From assembly GCA_965223005.1 (NCBI GenBank), contig CBDCVK010000002.1:256001-320000 (forward strand): a DNA stretch of 64,000 nucleotides, read 5' to 3'. The translations under genes and the position numbers were made by a program. This document shows positions 19,180 to 29,525 of the stretch, piece by piece (position 1 is the first letter of the stretch; each line of letters begins with the position of its first letter). The notes below the pieces were generated by a model, which made no database searches, had not been told where the DNA came from, and saw only the letters and a list, made by a program, of their open reading frames with translations. Source of the DNA: Terriglobia bacterium (GTDB taxonomy: Bacteria; Acidobacteriota; Terriglobia; JAJPHL01; JAPKYU01).

Positions 19180-19467
19180 GACGTCCTCCCCCGTGCCAAT
19201 GAGTCCGATACGCTTAAATCGAGAGGACGCGCCAATTTCGGTAGTGCGCTAAGAGTGCGTTGCCCTAGAGTCAGATAGTAACCTTTTGTCAACGCGGGCG
19301 CTAAGGAGTTTCGACTCCGTCCAGGCGGGTGGGCGTTGAACACTTAGGGGAAGAGTCTGGCCGGTCATGCGAATCTCCCTCTTGCTCGGCCATCCTACTC
19401 TTGGCTTCCATGACCGAGGGTGGGCACTGCATAGTTTGGTGATACAATCGCTAGGAAGAAGGCCTGA

Positions 19468-20361
19468 ATGATTTGCTTGGTGCTTGCGCTCTTCTTGGCT
19501 CTGTTTTCGGCTGGATCCGGTTTCGGGCAGGCCAACCCGACCCAGACAGATCCGTCCCGCTTGAAAGAAACCACCCAGCATACCTATGGGCCGTTCACCT
19601 TGAAGGGCCAGTCCCTGCAACAGATGGCGGAGCCCAAGGAGGTGATCTTCCCGGATGACGACGTGTGGCTGGTGGGCTACCACTCCGAAATAGTTGATGA
19701 CTCAGGGAACCGGCTTTCTCGCGAACTGCAGTGTCATTCCTTTCTAGGAAGCAGCAATCCGCACAACCTTCCCGACGACTTCGCCTTGGGCCTGTTCTCG
19801 GATGGCTACACGGAAAGCATCCAATTGCCCCCAGGTTTCGGCATTTTCTTCAAAGCCGGCGAGCGTCTCACGTGGACCCCGCTGTTTAACAACCGGAATC
19901 CGCTGCCCGTGACTGCTTCCATGCGGGTTCGGTTGGATTTGATTCGCGCCCGCGACCTGCCCCAAGGGCTGAAGCCCCTCACCACGACGGTCCGCAGCGT
20001 GCACAAGGACAAGGGGAGCAACATGTATATGGTTCCGCCGGGTAGAGACGTGCGGGAAAACACGTCCCACTTGCCTTTCGTTGGGAAAATCCATGTGATG
20101 GGAGCTCATCTCCATCCCTACGGAGTGTCGGTGGAACTGGTGAACCTGACGCGCGGCCACTCGGTTTGGAAAGCCGTGGGTACCAAGGATGGAAGCGGAA
20201 AACTGGTGAAGATGCCGGTCTACCTGAACCCGGAAGGCTATGACGTGGAAGCAGAAGAGCAGTTCAAGGTAGTGGCCGTCTACGAGAATCCAACCGAGCA
20301 GCCGGTGGATGCCATGGCCGGGGTCTTCATTCTGTACTCGCAGGCTGAAACCGCTCCCTGA
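19468..20361 (+). CDS. Secreted protein resembling a copper type II monooxygenase (PHM-like) fold
   Basis: Signal peptide; LPPGFGIFFKAGE, MGAHLHPYG (HxH), YENPT...DAMA (Met ligand). Confidence 0.6.
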   Translation: MICLVLALFLALFSAGSGFGQANPTQTDPSRLKETTQHTYGPFTLKGQSLQQMAEPKEVIFPDDDVWLVGYHSEIVDDSGNRLSRELQCHSFLGSSNPHNLPDDFALGLFSDGYTESIQLPPGFGIFFKAGERLTWTPLFNNRNPLPVTASMRVRLDLIRARDLPQGLKPLTTTVRSVHKDKGSNMYMVPPGRDVRENTSHLPFVGKIHVMGAHLHPYGVSVELVNLTRGHSVWKAVGTKDGSGKLVKMPVYLNPEGYDVEAEEQFKVVAVYENPTEQPVDAMAGVFILYSQAETAP

Positions 20362-20445
20362 CAGGTCGTCTCCCTTCGCCCCGCCCGTAAGCAACCCACC
20401 AAAGCCCAGGGGTATAGCGCAGGAACAAGACTGGCGAGAAAAGCC

Positions 20446-20595
20446 GGTAGTGGGCTACTTTGATTCCGCAGGAGCTGTCGTAGTCGTAGCGGCGGCCTTT
20501 AGGCCGCCATGGGTTTTGGCAGGCCAAAGCCTGCCGCTACGACTACAACCCGTGGCAGGCTGAAGCGTCCAAAAGGGTCAAAATAGCCCACTACC
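20446..20595. repeat. Nested palindromic element: REP doublet inside 18-bp inverted repeats
   Basis: Outer GGTAGTGGGCTACTTTGA / TCAAAATAGCCCACTACC (17/18); inner GTAGTCGTAGCGGC / GCCGCTACGACTAC (14/14), each inner arm carrying its own hairpin. Confidence 0.75.
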
Positions 20596-20721
20596 CCCAA
20601 GCCTCAGTACTTTACGGCTGAGTGCCTCGTCAGAGCCACCAGAACGCACCTGGCGCGCCCCAGCCGCGTTGTCACGACTAGCTTAGACTCATCTGTGGTG
20701 ATTGTGGCGGGAGAAAGCAAA

Positions 20722-20751
20722 TCCGCCTCCAGACTTGCGTCTGGAGGCGGA
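20722..20751 (-). terminator. Intrinsic terminator of the TonB-dependent receptor gene
   Basis: Perfect 13-bp stem TCCGCCTCCAGAC, GCAA tetraloop on minus, followed by TTTGCTTT, about 20 nt after the stop. Confidence 0.8.
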
Positions 20752-20770
20752 CCATGTGTGTGGATAGGAG

Positions 20771-23700
20771 TTAGAAGTTGATCTTCAATGCCATCTGCCC
20801 ATTTCGAGGCGAGTTCCCCAGGCCGCCAACCAGGCCAAAGGCAGCAGAGGTGACATCAGCACTAGTACCACCGAACCGCGTGCGGTTGAGGACGTTGTAA
20901 AACTCCATCCGCCATTCGATGTTGATGGTTTCGGTGATAAACGTCCGCTTCATCAAGCTGAAGTTCTCGTTGTAGAAGGGGAAATGCCGGGCATTCCCAA
21001 AGCCACCAGGCGCGTTTCCGAAGGTAAACGGGTCGGGAACCGTAAAAGCAGATCGGTTGTAGTAGCGGTGGTCTTGGCCGGGGTCGAAACCGCTGGTGAC
21101 TCCTAGCGGACTCGCTCCCGAAACCACGTTGGGAACGCTGCGGCGAGTAAACAAGCCCACGAGGTTGGGGGTAACAAACGCGCCCGGATTTCCCGACTGG
21201 TAGTGGACAACCGCGTTGATTGACCAGCCGCCCAGCACCTTGGCCGTAACGCCGGTGGTGCCGCCGCCTACCAGCTTTCCGGGACCGAACGGCAATTCAT
21301 ACATCAACGCCGAGACAAATCGGTGCGGAATGTCGGCAGGCGAAAGCGACTTTTCCAGTTGGCGGTTAAAGAAGTCGCGCGAATTGTGCCCAAAGAAGCC
21401 GCCCCAATTCGAATCCGAGTCGGTAATCATCTTGGACCAGGTGTACGAACTCAGCAGGTAAAAGCCCTGCGTGAGCCGTTTCTCGAGCTTCAATTGGAAT
21501 GAGTGGTAGGTTGAGTTTCCGATGGGGACCGCGTCAAGTGTGCCCCCCCCGACTCCCGAATCAACGGTCCCGACATCGCTGAACTGCGGGAAAGGCCGCA
21601 AGGACTGGGCCAGGGAGCCCTCGAAGCTTGGGTAGGGAGGCCCGAAACCAGCGGCCGCAACCAAAGGGTCGCGGACGTCGCGTTGGAGCAGGGTCCCCAG
21701 CGAGAGGAAGCTGGGATTGACCTGGTTCTGATTAAATATCCCGCTCATCAGCCGCGTTCCCTTACTGCCCACATAGCCGGCGTCGATGAGCCAGCTGCCG
21801 GGCAACTGATGCTGAATATTGAAGCTCCATTCCTGCCTGTAAGGTATCGTGGTGGACTCGTGGAAATTGTTGGCTTGGCTGCCATTAGAGAACGCAGGAT
21901 TGATAAGCGGAGGCCGTAGATAGTTTGGAAATCCCACCACATCCCAGTTGAAAGCAGGCGTGAGGCCGTTATCGGGCGAAAAGGGAGTGGGAAGGGCCTG
22001 AAAGCCTAACGCCGAGCGCCGCATGTTTCCGCCCAGTTGATAGGTACTCCCAAAGAAGTGAATGCCGTATCCGATCCGAAGCACCGTGTTCGGCGCAAAC
22101 CTATAGGCCAGACCGAGGCGCGGAGAAAAGTTTGTCTTCTCGGTCCCTTCATTGCCGAGCAATTGACTGGTGCCGGTGCGGCCCGGGCCTTGCCCAGCAA
22201 AGATCAGCGCGCCAGGCCGGCCGTCGGCGCCGGGATTGGCCAGGTTCAGATCCAGGGTGGACCAGCTATCACCCGCCTCCCCCATGGGAGTGAACAAATC
22301 CCACCTCAAACCCAGGTTCATAGTGAACTTCGGAGTGATCTTGAAGTCATCCTGGAAGTAGAATCCCAGCCAGGTGGACCGAGCCCGCGATGTATCGCCC
22401 ACAAAGGACGGGTCAAACATTGTGGCGTTGTCCACCGCGCCTAACAAGTAGCTCCCAAACGCGTAGCCCGTTGAGCCCAACCCAGGAAACCCAGTCTCGG
22501 TGTTCTCGAACACGTAGGTGGGGTTGGATGGTTGTGAAAACTGGTCCGATCGCAGATAGCGAACGTCTATACCGAACTTCATGTTGTGCTTGCCACGAAT
22601 CGCAGACAAAGTGTTCTGAAACATGAAGGTGTCTGCAATGAAGTCAGTGAAGGTACCGAAGTCGCCCCCTGCAGCGCTAACGTTGACATAGGGAGCCATT
22701 TGGATCACGGGAAACGCGCCGTCAAGGATGCCTGTGAAGGGCGCCTGCCCCTGCGGACCCCGGGTCCCGAGGCCCAGAATGTCAGCCCACCCGTCTCCAT
22801 GGCCCGTGATAAAGAACCCGTCAAACCCGTCATTGTAGCCGGCCTGCAGGTGATTGGTCACCGTCGGCGAGATGATATAGTCCCAAGCGTATCGGTGATT
22901 GGTCTGGTTGGAATCGTTAGTCACCGTGGCGCCGTGCGGGAAGGGTAGGGCCCGTTGGCTTGACTGGGGGGTGGGTTTCCGTTGATACGAAGCAAAAACG
23001 CTGTGGCTGTCGTTAATCCGATGATCCAATCTCAGGATAAGTTTATAAAACGACCGTTGCGGGTTGTTTTGCTCCAGGAAATTGTTGAAATCGCCCGGAC
23101 GGTTAGGAGTTGCCAGAAAACCATTGATGTTCCTCGATACGGCACTGATCCGGTCGGCCGGGATTATGTTTCCCGGGAACGGGTCACGCGTGAACCCACC
23201 TTGCCCGTCGTCCCGGGTAGTTGCCGGGTCGAAGACCTGGTTCGCAAAGTAGGGAGTCCCCGCGATCGGATCACCCAGTATCGAAGAAAGATCGCCGCTT
23301 TTGATGGCGGCAGTCGGAATCGAAACCGTACTGGTTCCGCCGGCATCCCTTTGTTTCAACCAGTTCAGATTGACGAAGCCGAAGGTCTTGTCCTTTATGA
23401 TAGGGCCCCCCAGACTAAATCCAAACTCGTGCCAGCGGCGTACCGGGGGTTCTGGTGAGAAGTGACCGCTCGCCTCAAAGTAGTCGTTGCGCCAGAATTC
23501 ATACAGGTTCCCGTGAATCTCATTGGTTCCGCCGCGTGTGATAAAACGTACGGTGCCAGAGGCGGAGAAGGTCTCCACTGAGGCGGTGGACGAAGAGACC
23601 GAAGCTTCCTGAACCGATTCCGGCGTGGAGACCAATTCTGCGGTGGTTTGCATGACCCCGGGCCCGGTGTGCAAACTCATGCCGTCCAGGTGCATTTCCA

Positions 23701-24301
23701 ATCCCATGGCCTGGCCACCATTGATTCTTTGGGAGAATGTCGATGAAACGTTGCTGGTGTTCCCGGAGGACCCACCGGGACGAGCTCTGCCGCCCGAAGT
23801 GGTGCCCGGCGTCAGGAAAATGACAGAAAGCGGCGCCCGGCCCGTGCTTCCTAGTTGAATCGGGAGATCGGTCATGATTATGGGAGGAAGGGTGGTCCCG
23901 ACCTCGGTGGTTTCGGTTTTCAGGAGTGGCGCCTCCGCCGTCACCTCCACGCTTTCGGCCACTGCGCCAAGTTCCAGCGTGAAGTCTAGGCCCACCACGG
24001 CAGCCACATCTACTCGGACACTCTCTTGAATGGCGCGCTTGAAGCCGGCCAGCTCCACCTCTACCCGGTAGCTTCCCGCCCCCAGGTTAGGAGCGTTGTA
24101 CAGGCCGGAACTGGTGGTCGTCGTTGGGAATGCGACGCCCGTGGCAATGTTGGTGACTGTGACTGTGGCTCCGGGGACTGCCGCTCCGGTGGGATCCAGA
24201 ACCGTTCCCCGAATCACTCCGCTCAAACCAGTCTGCGCTACCGAGTTCAGCGCGAATGCCAACACGAAAACCAAAACACTGATGGCGAGTTTCTTCGTCA
24301 T
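20771..24301 (-). CDS. TonB-dependent receptor with N-terminal carboxypeptidase-regulatory-like domain (Oar/acidobacterial type)
   Basis: Signal peptide, IRGTVLDPTGAAVPGATVTVTN, ITRGGTNEIHGNLYEF, YFQDDFKITPKFTMNLGLRWD, NFSPRLGLAY, C-terminal PRNGQMALKINF. Confidence 0.93.
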   Translation of the reverse strand: MTKKLAISVLVFVLAFALNSVAQTGLSGVIRGTVLDPTGAAVPGATVTVTNIATGVAFPTTTTSSGLYNAPNLGAGSYRVEVELAGFKRAIQESVRVDVAAVVGLDFTLELGAVAESVEVTAEAPLLKTETTEVGTTLPPIIMTDLPIQLGSTGRAPLSVIFLTPGTTSGGRARPGGSSGNTSNVSSTFSQRINGGQAMGLEMHLDGMSLHTGPGVMQTTAELVSTPESVQEASVSSSTASVETFSASGTVRFITRGGTNEIHGNLYEFWRNDYFEASGHFSPEPPVRRWHEFGFSLGGPIIKDKTFGFVNLNWLKQRDAGGTSTVSIPTAAIKSGDLSSILGDPIAGTPYFANQVFDPATTRDDGQGGFTRDPFPGNIIPADRISAVSRNINGFLATPNRPGDFNNFLEQNNPQRSFYKLILRLDHRINDSHSVFASYQRKPTPQSSQRALPFPHGATVTNDSNQTNHRYAWDYIISPTVTNHLQAGYNDGFDGFFITGHGDGWADILGLGTRGPQGQAPFTGILDGAFPVIQMAPYVNVSAAGGDFGTFTDFIADTFMFQNTLSAIRGKHNMKFGIDVRYLRSDQFSQPSNPTYVFENTETGFPGLGSTGYAFGSYLLGAVDNATMFDPSFVGDTSRARSTWLGFYFQDDFKITPKFTMNLGLRWDLFTPMGEAGDSWSTLDLNLANPGADGRPGALIFAGQGPGRTGTSQLLGNEGTEKTNFSPRLGLAYRFAPNTVLRIGYGIHFFGSTYQLGGNMRRSALGFQALPTPFSPDNGLTPAFNWDVVGFPNYLRPPLINPAFSNGSQANNFHESTTIPYRQEWSFNIQHQLPGSWLIDAGYVGSKGTRLMSGIFNQNQVNPSFLSLGTLLQRDVRDPLVAAAGFGPPYPSFEGSLAQSLRPFPQFSDVGTVDSGVGGGTLDAVPIGNSTYHSFQLKLEKRLTQGFYLLSSYTWSKMITDSDSNWGGFFGHNSRDFFNRQLEKSLSPADIPHRFVSALMYELPFGPGKLVGGGTTGVTAKVLGGWSINAVVHYQSGNPGAFVTPNLVGLFTRRSVPNVVSGASPLGVTSGFDPGQDHRYYNRSAFTVPDPFTFGNAPGGFGNARHFPFYNENFSLMKRTFITETINIEWRMEFYNVLNRTRFGGTSADVTSAAFGLVGGLGNSPRNGQMALKINF

Positions 24302-24479
24302 GACCTTCTTCTCATCCTCTTTTGGCGTTAAGTTCAAGTATTGCTACACCACCTGACCGCGCACATATGGTAGGGGAGGTATGTTTTCACTGTCAAGTGT
24401 TTTTTATTGAGTGTTCTGGAGCCTTCAGTGCCACCGTCTGGCAATGCCCCCCTCGCACACAAGAATTTTAGTTTCAGCT

Positions 24480-24506
24480 TAGCTTTCTAGCTTTCTAGCT
24501 TTCTAG
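24480..24506. repeat. Tandem octamer (TAGCTTTC)x3
   Basis: Three perfect copies plus TAG, intergenic. Confidence 0.8.
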
Positions 24507-24647
24507 ATGCCGTCGCCTCGTCCAAGCGCAAGGTGCAAGTACTTCAAGAATAACCGGTTAATCGGTACCCGGCTGTGAAGGGGCAGATCCCTGTGCGCTC
24601 CGGCTCGCGGATTGCCAGCAAACACCTGAAGAGCGGTTCGGCTGCCC

Positions 24648-25190
24648 CTAATTTGATATTTCTCGAGGAAAGTGCGGATGCAAAGCTTCATATAACCTTG
24701 CACTTCGAATCCTGAGAAGTTCTGGATGTCGAACGCCTGAATCATCCATAGCAGAGCATCCTATGTAGAACATGGATCTGCCGGTCGATGAAATTACAAA
24801 TCGGTCCGCGGTGCCGTGGCAAACCTGTGGAAGCTCAAACTCGAACGACACCATTGTTACGGCTAGATCATGTTGATCAATAACTTTGAATTCGTGTTCT
24901 TCCAAAATGGCTGCTGCTGGTTTGAGGATATGGAGAATCTCCGAGGAATCCGTATGGAATTGCTGAACACTCACAACCCGCGCTGGCGCTTTCTTATGCG
25001 TTGAGGCGTTAATCTTCAGCGTAGCTATGGAACCTCGTTCGAGAGATTCCTGCACGTGCTTTCCCCACGCCGAAATTCTATCGATCCGAGCATCTCTATC
25101 CTGGGACCAGGCAATGGGACACAAACCGGGAAAAGCAACCAGAAGCACTGCAACAGCGACGAAGGACTTTCTTCCAAGCAGACCAGCCAT
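24648..25190 (-). CDS. Secreted hypothetical protein (ORFan-like, lower GC)
   Basis: CAGGAGG RBS before ATG 25190; signal-like RKSFVAVAVLLVAFPGLCPIAWS; no recognisable motif. Confidence 0.55.
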   Translation of the reverse strand: MAGLLGRKSFVAVAVLLVAFPGLCPIAWSQDRDARIDRISAWGKHVQESLERGSIATLKINASTHKKAPARVVSVQQFHTDSSEILHILKPAAAILEEHEFKVIDQHDLAVTMVSFEFELPQVCHGTADRFVISSTGRSMFYIGCSAMDDSGVRHPELLRIRSARLYEALHPHFPREISN

Positions 25191-25328
25191 GTTGCTAACC
25201 TCCTGTCTGCGGTCACCATTTTCCATGGTCACATGATCGCATGTAGCCTGGTGGGTACGCAGATCCAAGAGCCGACAGGCAGGAACCCCGAAAGCTGCAA
25301 GTGTCAGGACTGTGGAGGGCACAGACCA

Positions 25329-26438
25329 CTAGCTGAGCACAGCCGTCTTGTTCCGCTCAATCAGCTCGAAGTCAATCTGTGCTCCGAGCCCCGGCTCGAT
25401 CGGAGCGTGCACCAGCCCGTTCGGGTCCACTTCGATGTCTTCTACCAGGCCGTACTTCTGTGTTTCGGGTGGCAACAGGACCTCAAAGAACTCACAGTTC
25501 TTGATGGCCAACGTAACGTGGAGGTTGGCGACGTTGTTGAGTGAATTGGAGCCGTGGTGGATCTCGAAGTTCATGCCGAACGCCTCGGCCAAGTGCGCGG
25601 TCTTGAGCAGTGCCGTAATCCCCCCCTTGACCGCCACGTCCCCCCGCAAAAAGTCGGTCGCACGGTTCAAGATCCACGGAGCATAAGCGGTGAAGCCCCC
25701 GGGAGAGTATTCGGTTGCCATGAGGGGAATCTCAAGCTTTTCGCGCAGCTTGATGCAGTTCGTAATGTCGTCGTCTTCTAGCGGGTCCTCGTACCAATAG
25801 AAGTTCATCTCCTCGATGGCCCGCCCCACCCGTAGCGCCTGCTCGTAGCGGTAGCTCCAGGTCGAGTCGAGCATCAACATGTAGTCGTCCCCGACCGCAC
25901 CCCGGACCGCTTCACAGACGGCGATGTCCTCCTTCCAGAGTGTAGGCGGGTGGATCTTGTACGCGGTCCAGCCGGCTTGCTTAAAGGCAACGGCCTCTTC
26001 TACGTAAGCCTGTCTTGACGGCAGGCGCGCCGATGAGGCATAAGCCGGCGCGCTGCTCCGAAAGGACCCCATGATCTGGTGGATTGGCAACCCAGCTATC
26101 TTCCCGGCGATGTCCCAAAGGGCGACGTCGACGGCGCCGATCGCTCGCAGCGTGGTGGCGCGGTCTTGATGCCGAATTTTCTGATACAGAAGCTCCCGGT
26201 CGAGGGGGTTTTGACCCATGATCAGCGGCTTGAGGCTCTTGATCAGACTCAGGCCATCCTGGTCGGCACCGCGCCATGAATTCCCCAAGAACGCATGACC
26301 GACGATGCCCTCGTCAGTGGCAATCTTGAGGAGACCCATCTGGCTCGTCCCGCCGAAAATACCCATGTGCACGTTGTATGAGGTTGCAGGAATGTTCTCC
26401 CAGGCAAAAAGCGTCAAGGTCACGTCAGTGATCTTCAT
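25329..26438 (-). CDS. Mandelate racemase/muconate lactonizing enzyme family (enolase superfamily)
   Basis: AVDVALWDIAGK, AYKIHP, LMLDS, WYEDP, MATEY, FEIHH. Confidence 0.92.
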   Translation of the reverse strand: MKITDVTLTLFAWENIPATSYNVHMGIFGGTSQMGLLKIATDEGIVGHAFLGNSWRGADQDGLSLIKSLKPLIMGQNPLDRELLYQKIRHQDRATTLRAIGAVDVALWDIAGKIAGLPIHQIMGSFRSSAPAYASSARLPSRQAYVEEAVAFKQAGWTAYKIHPPTLWKEDIAVCEAVRGAVGDDYMLMLDSTWSYRYEQALRVGRAIEEMNFYWYEDPLEDDDITNCIKLREKLEIPLMATEYSPGGFTAYAPWILNRATDFLRGDVAVKGGITALLKTAHLAEAFGMNFEIHHGSNSLNNVANLHVTLAIKNCEFFEVLLPPETQKYGLVEDIEVDPNGLVHAPIEPGLGAQIDFELIERNKTAVLS

Positions 26439-26629
26439 TCTTCTGGTCCTTCGGTTCAGTGGTGACAGGCAACTCACACTGAGTCGGTGCGCTTTCCAAC
26501 AAGGCTCACTTCCTCGATGGCAGCTACCAATGTAGCTTCACTCTTCCAAGACAGTTTCTGTGATCGCGAAATCTAGACCAACCGTTTCCTAATGGGATTT
26601 GTGCGGCCTGACTCTTGGTTTGTATTGAC

Positions 26630-26643
26630 TCCTAAACTTAGGA
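26630..26643. promoter_or_regulatory. Candidate operator palindrome between divergent genes
   Basis: TCCTAA-AC-TTAGGA abutting a TTGACT -35-like hexamer. Confidence 0.35.
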
Positions 26644-26916
26644 TATTCATCTTGGGTTCCTGATCAACGGAGAGTATACACGACGCTGGCTTGGTTCGGT
26701 TACAGTGTCTGCCGGAGATGCGCCCCTGTTCAACCTCTTCACAGGGAGAAAGCGGTTCTTGCCCACTCGGGTAAGCCGGGCCTTGCGAGATTTGCGAATG
26801 TTTATGTTGACCTTCTTTAGGTTGATTCTTGCGTATTTTGCTAGCGGGCTAGTCCTGGCAGAGGTGGTGCGGGAGCAGTCCATTAGAGCTTCCAAGCCGA
26901 ATCAACAAGACGGAGA

Positions 26917-28662
26917 GTGACGTTGACATCCCCAAGTAATAAAGGCGAAGCGCCGACCAGCCAACCGCTCGGTCTCTTCGAGCGCCTCGACAAGTTGAAT
27001 GAGTTCGACCGGGAGCCCGTTACTCCGGACCGGCTCGAAAGCCGGCGACATTTCGCGGCCGTGTTTGCGGGCGAACACGTCGCCGGCACGGAGTTCGTGA
27101 TCGGCGCCCTCTTCGTCTCCTGGGGCGTTGGGACCCGGGATCTTGTTCTCGGTTTGTTGATCGGCAATCTCCTGGCCGTGCTCGCCTGGACGTTCATCTG
27201 CGCCCCCATCGCCGTCGAGACGCGGCTAACGCTCTATTGGTATTTGCGGCGCATCGCCGGGCCGGTGGTGACCACGATCTACAACGTTGTGAACGCCATT
27301 CTGTTCTGCGCTCTGGCGGGAGCCATGATCACGGTATCGGCCTCGGCCGTTCGCATCCCCTTCGGCATCCCGCCGCAAACCGAGTGGTACCCAACTGACC
27401 TTCGCTTCGTGTTGGTTGCCGTGGCCGTCGGCGCGGTAGTTGTCGCGATCGCGATCCTGGGTTTCAGGCGGCTGGCGCAGTTTTCGACGATCTGCGTGCC
27501 CTGGATCTTCGTGGTATTCTTCGCTGGCGCCCTGGCCGTGCTGCCGCAATTGACGGCGGGCACCCCCGAGGTCGGTTCCATCGAAGGTCTCCATGACCTG
27601 CGGCGCCTTGCCGACGCGAGCGTCTGGGTCGGGCGCGAGGACTCTGATTTCACCCTCTGGCATGTCGCCGCGTTTGCCTTGCTGGCCAACCTGGCGTTCC
27701 ACGTGGGACTGTCAGATATGGCGCTGCTGCGCTACGCACCGCGCGCCAGCTACGGCTTGTCTTCCGCCTGCGGAATGTATATGGGCCACTTCTTGGTGTG
27801 GCTGGCCTCAGGGGTGATGGGCGCCGGGGCGGCGTTGATGCTCAAAACTCCTCTCAGCAGCCTGGACTCGGGGGAGATAGCGCATCAAGCGTTGGGTCTG
27901 GGCGGCGCACTGTGTGTGATTGTCTCCGGTTGGGCGACGTCGAACCCGACCCTGTATCGCGCCGGGCTTGCCTTGCAAGTGGTCACACCGGGGTGGCCCA
28001 GATGGCTGGTCACCTTGCTGGCCGGGATAGCGACGGTCACGCTTGCTTGTTTTCCCTACATCTTTCGATACTTGCTCGAGTACGTGGGCACCTTCGCCCT
28101 TCTCATGGCGCCGATCGCGGCGGTCGTGTTCGTTGAGCATTGGGTTTTCCCGCGGACCGGCTTCCGCCGCTACTGGTTCGGCCAGTCGAAGAAGGTTGTC
28201 AACTGGGCGGCGCTGGCTGCCTGGGTCATCGCCGTCGTCTTCTGCTTTGCAGCTTGGAGATGGGATCTGATGCATGTGGTGTTCATCGCCATCCCAGGCT
28301 GGGGGCTCGCTGCGATCTTGTACACAGCGTTTGCGGCCGTTGCTGGTGCGCGCGGGGAGACCTTAGGGGAACTCCACGCATCTGAATCGGCAAGCGCCTC
28401 CACACCGGTGGTCGCCGCATCCTCTGCTCACGATCGAACTGTCAAACCGGCACGCTCCGCGTTGCGGACGGTGTCGGGAGTGATCGGCGCCTTGTCATTA
28501 GCGGCATGCTTTGCGCTCGCGCTCTGGGTTGGCCTGGGGGGGGAGCAGGAATATCAGCAGAACCTGGCAACTTTCAAAACATACCTGGCTGTGGCCAGCG
28601 TTGTACACCTGACTGCGGCTGCGATTTGGGTCTTGCGCTCCGAACAGTCAGGAGGAAATTAG
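26917..28662 (+). CDS. NCS1/purine-cytosine permease-like transporter
   Basis: More than 12 hydrophobic segments; EFDREPV, FAGEHVAGTEF, GWATSNPTLYRAGLA. Confidence 0.8.
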   Translation: MTLTSPSNKGEAPTSQPLGLFERLDKLNEFDREPVTPDRLESRRHFAAVFAGEHVAGTEFVIGALFVSWGVGTRDLVLGLLIGNLLAVLAWTFICAPIAVETRLTLYWYLRRIAGPVVTTIYNVVNAILFCALAGAMITVSASAVRIPFGIPPQTEWYPTDLRFVLVAVAVGAVVVAIAILGFRRLAQFSTICVPWIFVVFFAGALAVLPQLTAGTPEVGSIEGLHDLRRLADASVWVGREDSDFTLWHVAAFALLANLAFHVGLSDMALLRYAPRASYGLSSACGMYMGHFLVWLASGVMGAGAALMLKTPLSSLDSGEIAHQALGLGGALCVIVSGWATSNPTLYRAGLALQVVTPGWPRWLVTLLAGIATVTLACFPYIFRYLLEYVGTFALLMAPIAAVVFVEHWVFPRTGFRRYWFGQSKKVVNWAALAAWVIAVVFCFAAWRWDLMHVVFIAIPGWGLAAILYTAFAAVAGARGETLGELHASESASASTPVVAASSAHDRTVKPARSALRTVSGVIGALSLAACFALALWVGLGGEQEYQQNLATFKTYLAVASVVHLTAAAIWVLRSEQSGGN

Positions 28663-28670
28663 CGAATGCC

Positions 28671-29465
28671 ATGGCCAACTCACGATTAGCGAACCAGGTA
28701 GCGTGGATCAGCGGCGGAGCGTCCGGGATGGGCGAAGCTACGGCGCGACTGTTTGCCAGTGAGGGCGCGCGCGTGGCCATTGCCGACGTCAATCTGGAAG
28801 GCGCCCTGGAGGTGGCCGGCCGGATCAACTCTGGCGGAGAAGACCGGGTCGTGGCGATCGAGTGTGATGTGTCCCGTCAGGACGACGTGAGGCGTTCCAT
28901 CGAGCGGACCGTTGACCTCTTCAACGGACTGCATATCCTCGTCAATAACGCGGCGATTGGCCAGTTCACGCCGCTCCACGAGTGTGCAGAAAACGAGTGG
29001 GACCGCGTCATGGCAGTGAACTTGAAGGCGGCCTACTTCTCCTTCAAGTTCTCCTATCCTCATTTGCGCAAGCTCGACCGCAGCTACGTCGTGAACGTCG
29101 CGTCCATTAGCAGCTTTGTTGCTCAAGCCGGTACGCCTGTTTACACGGTTTCAAAGCACGCGCTGCTAGGGCTCACGCGGACGATCGCTCTTGACTATGC
29201 CGCGGACGGAATCCGCTGCAACTGCGTTTGCCCTGGTATTACGGATACCCCGGGGCTGCGCAAGCATCTGGAACAATACCCGGACGCCGACAAGAAGCTG
29301 GCCGAGCGACTCCGCCGCGTCCCCTCGGGAGAAATCATGACGCCCGATCAGATCGCCCGTGCGATCCTGTATTTTTCGTGTGAAGATTCAGCCGGCATTA
29401 CCGCCACTTCGCTGGTCGCCGACGGCGGTTATTTGGCAGCCGCCGAGTGGGACACTGGGCAGTGA
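28671..29465 (+). CDS. SDR family oxidoreductase
   Basis: ISGGASGMG, VNNAAI, NVASIS, YTVSK (YxxxK), NCVCPG; GGAGG RBS. Confidence 0.92.
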   Translation: MANSRLANQVAWISGGASGMGEATARLFASEGARVAIADVNLEGALEVAGRINSGGEDRVVAIECDVSRQDDVRRSIERTVDLFNGLHILVNNAAIGQFTPLHECAENEWDRVMAVNLKAAYFSFKFSYPHLRKLDRSYVVNVASISSFVAQAGTPVYTVSKHALLGLTRTIALDYAADGIRCNCVCPGITDTPGLRKHLEQYPDADKKLAERLRRVPSGEIMTPDQIARAILYFSCEDSAGITATSLVADGGYLAAAEWDTGQ

Positions 29466-29525
29466 CCGGGCAAGAAAAGGAAGACTCTCCTTTCTTGCAC
29501 TTTTTAATCATTCTCAGGGTTGCCC

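Noticed and set aside
24590-24650. attC-like start (GCAGCCGAACC) after the ORFan stop
   Set aside because: No matching GTT box or complementary arm found.
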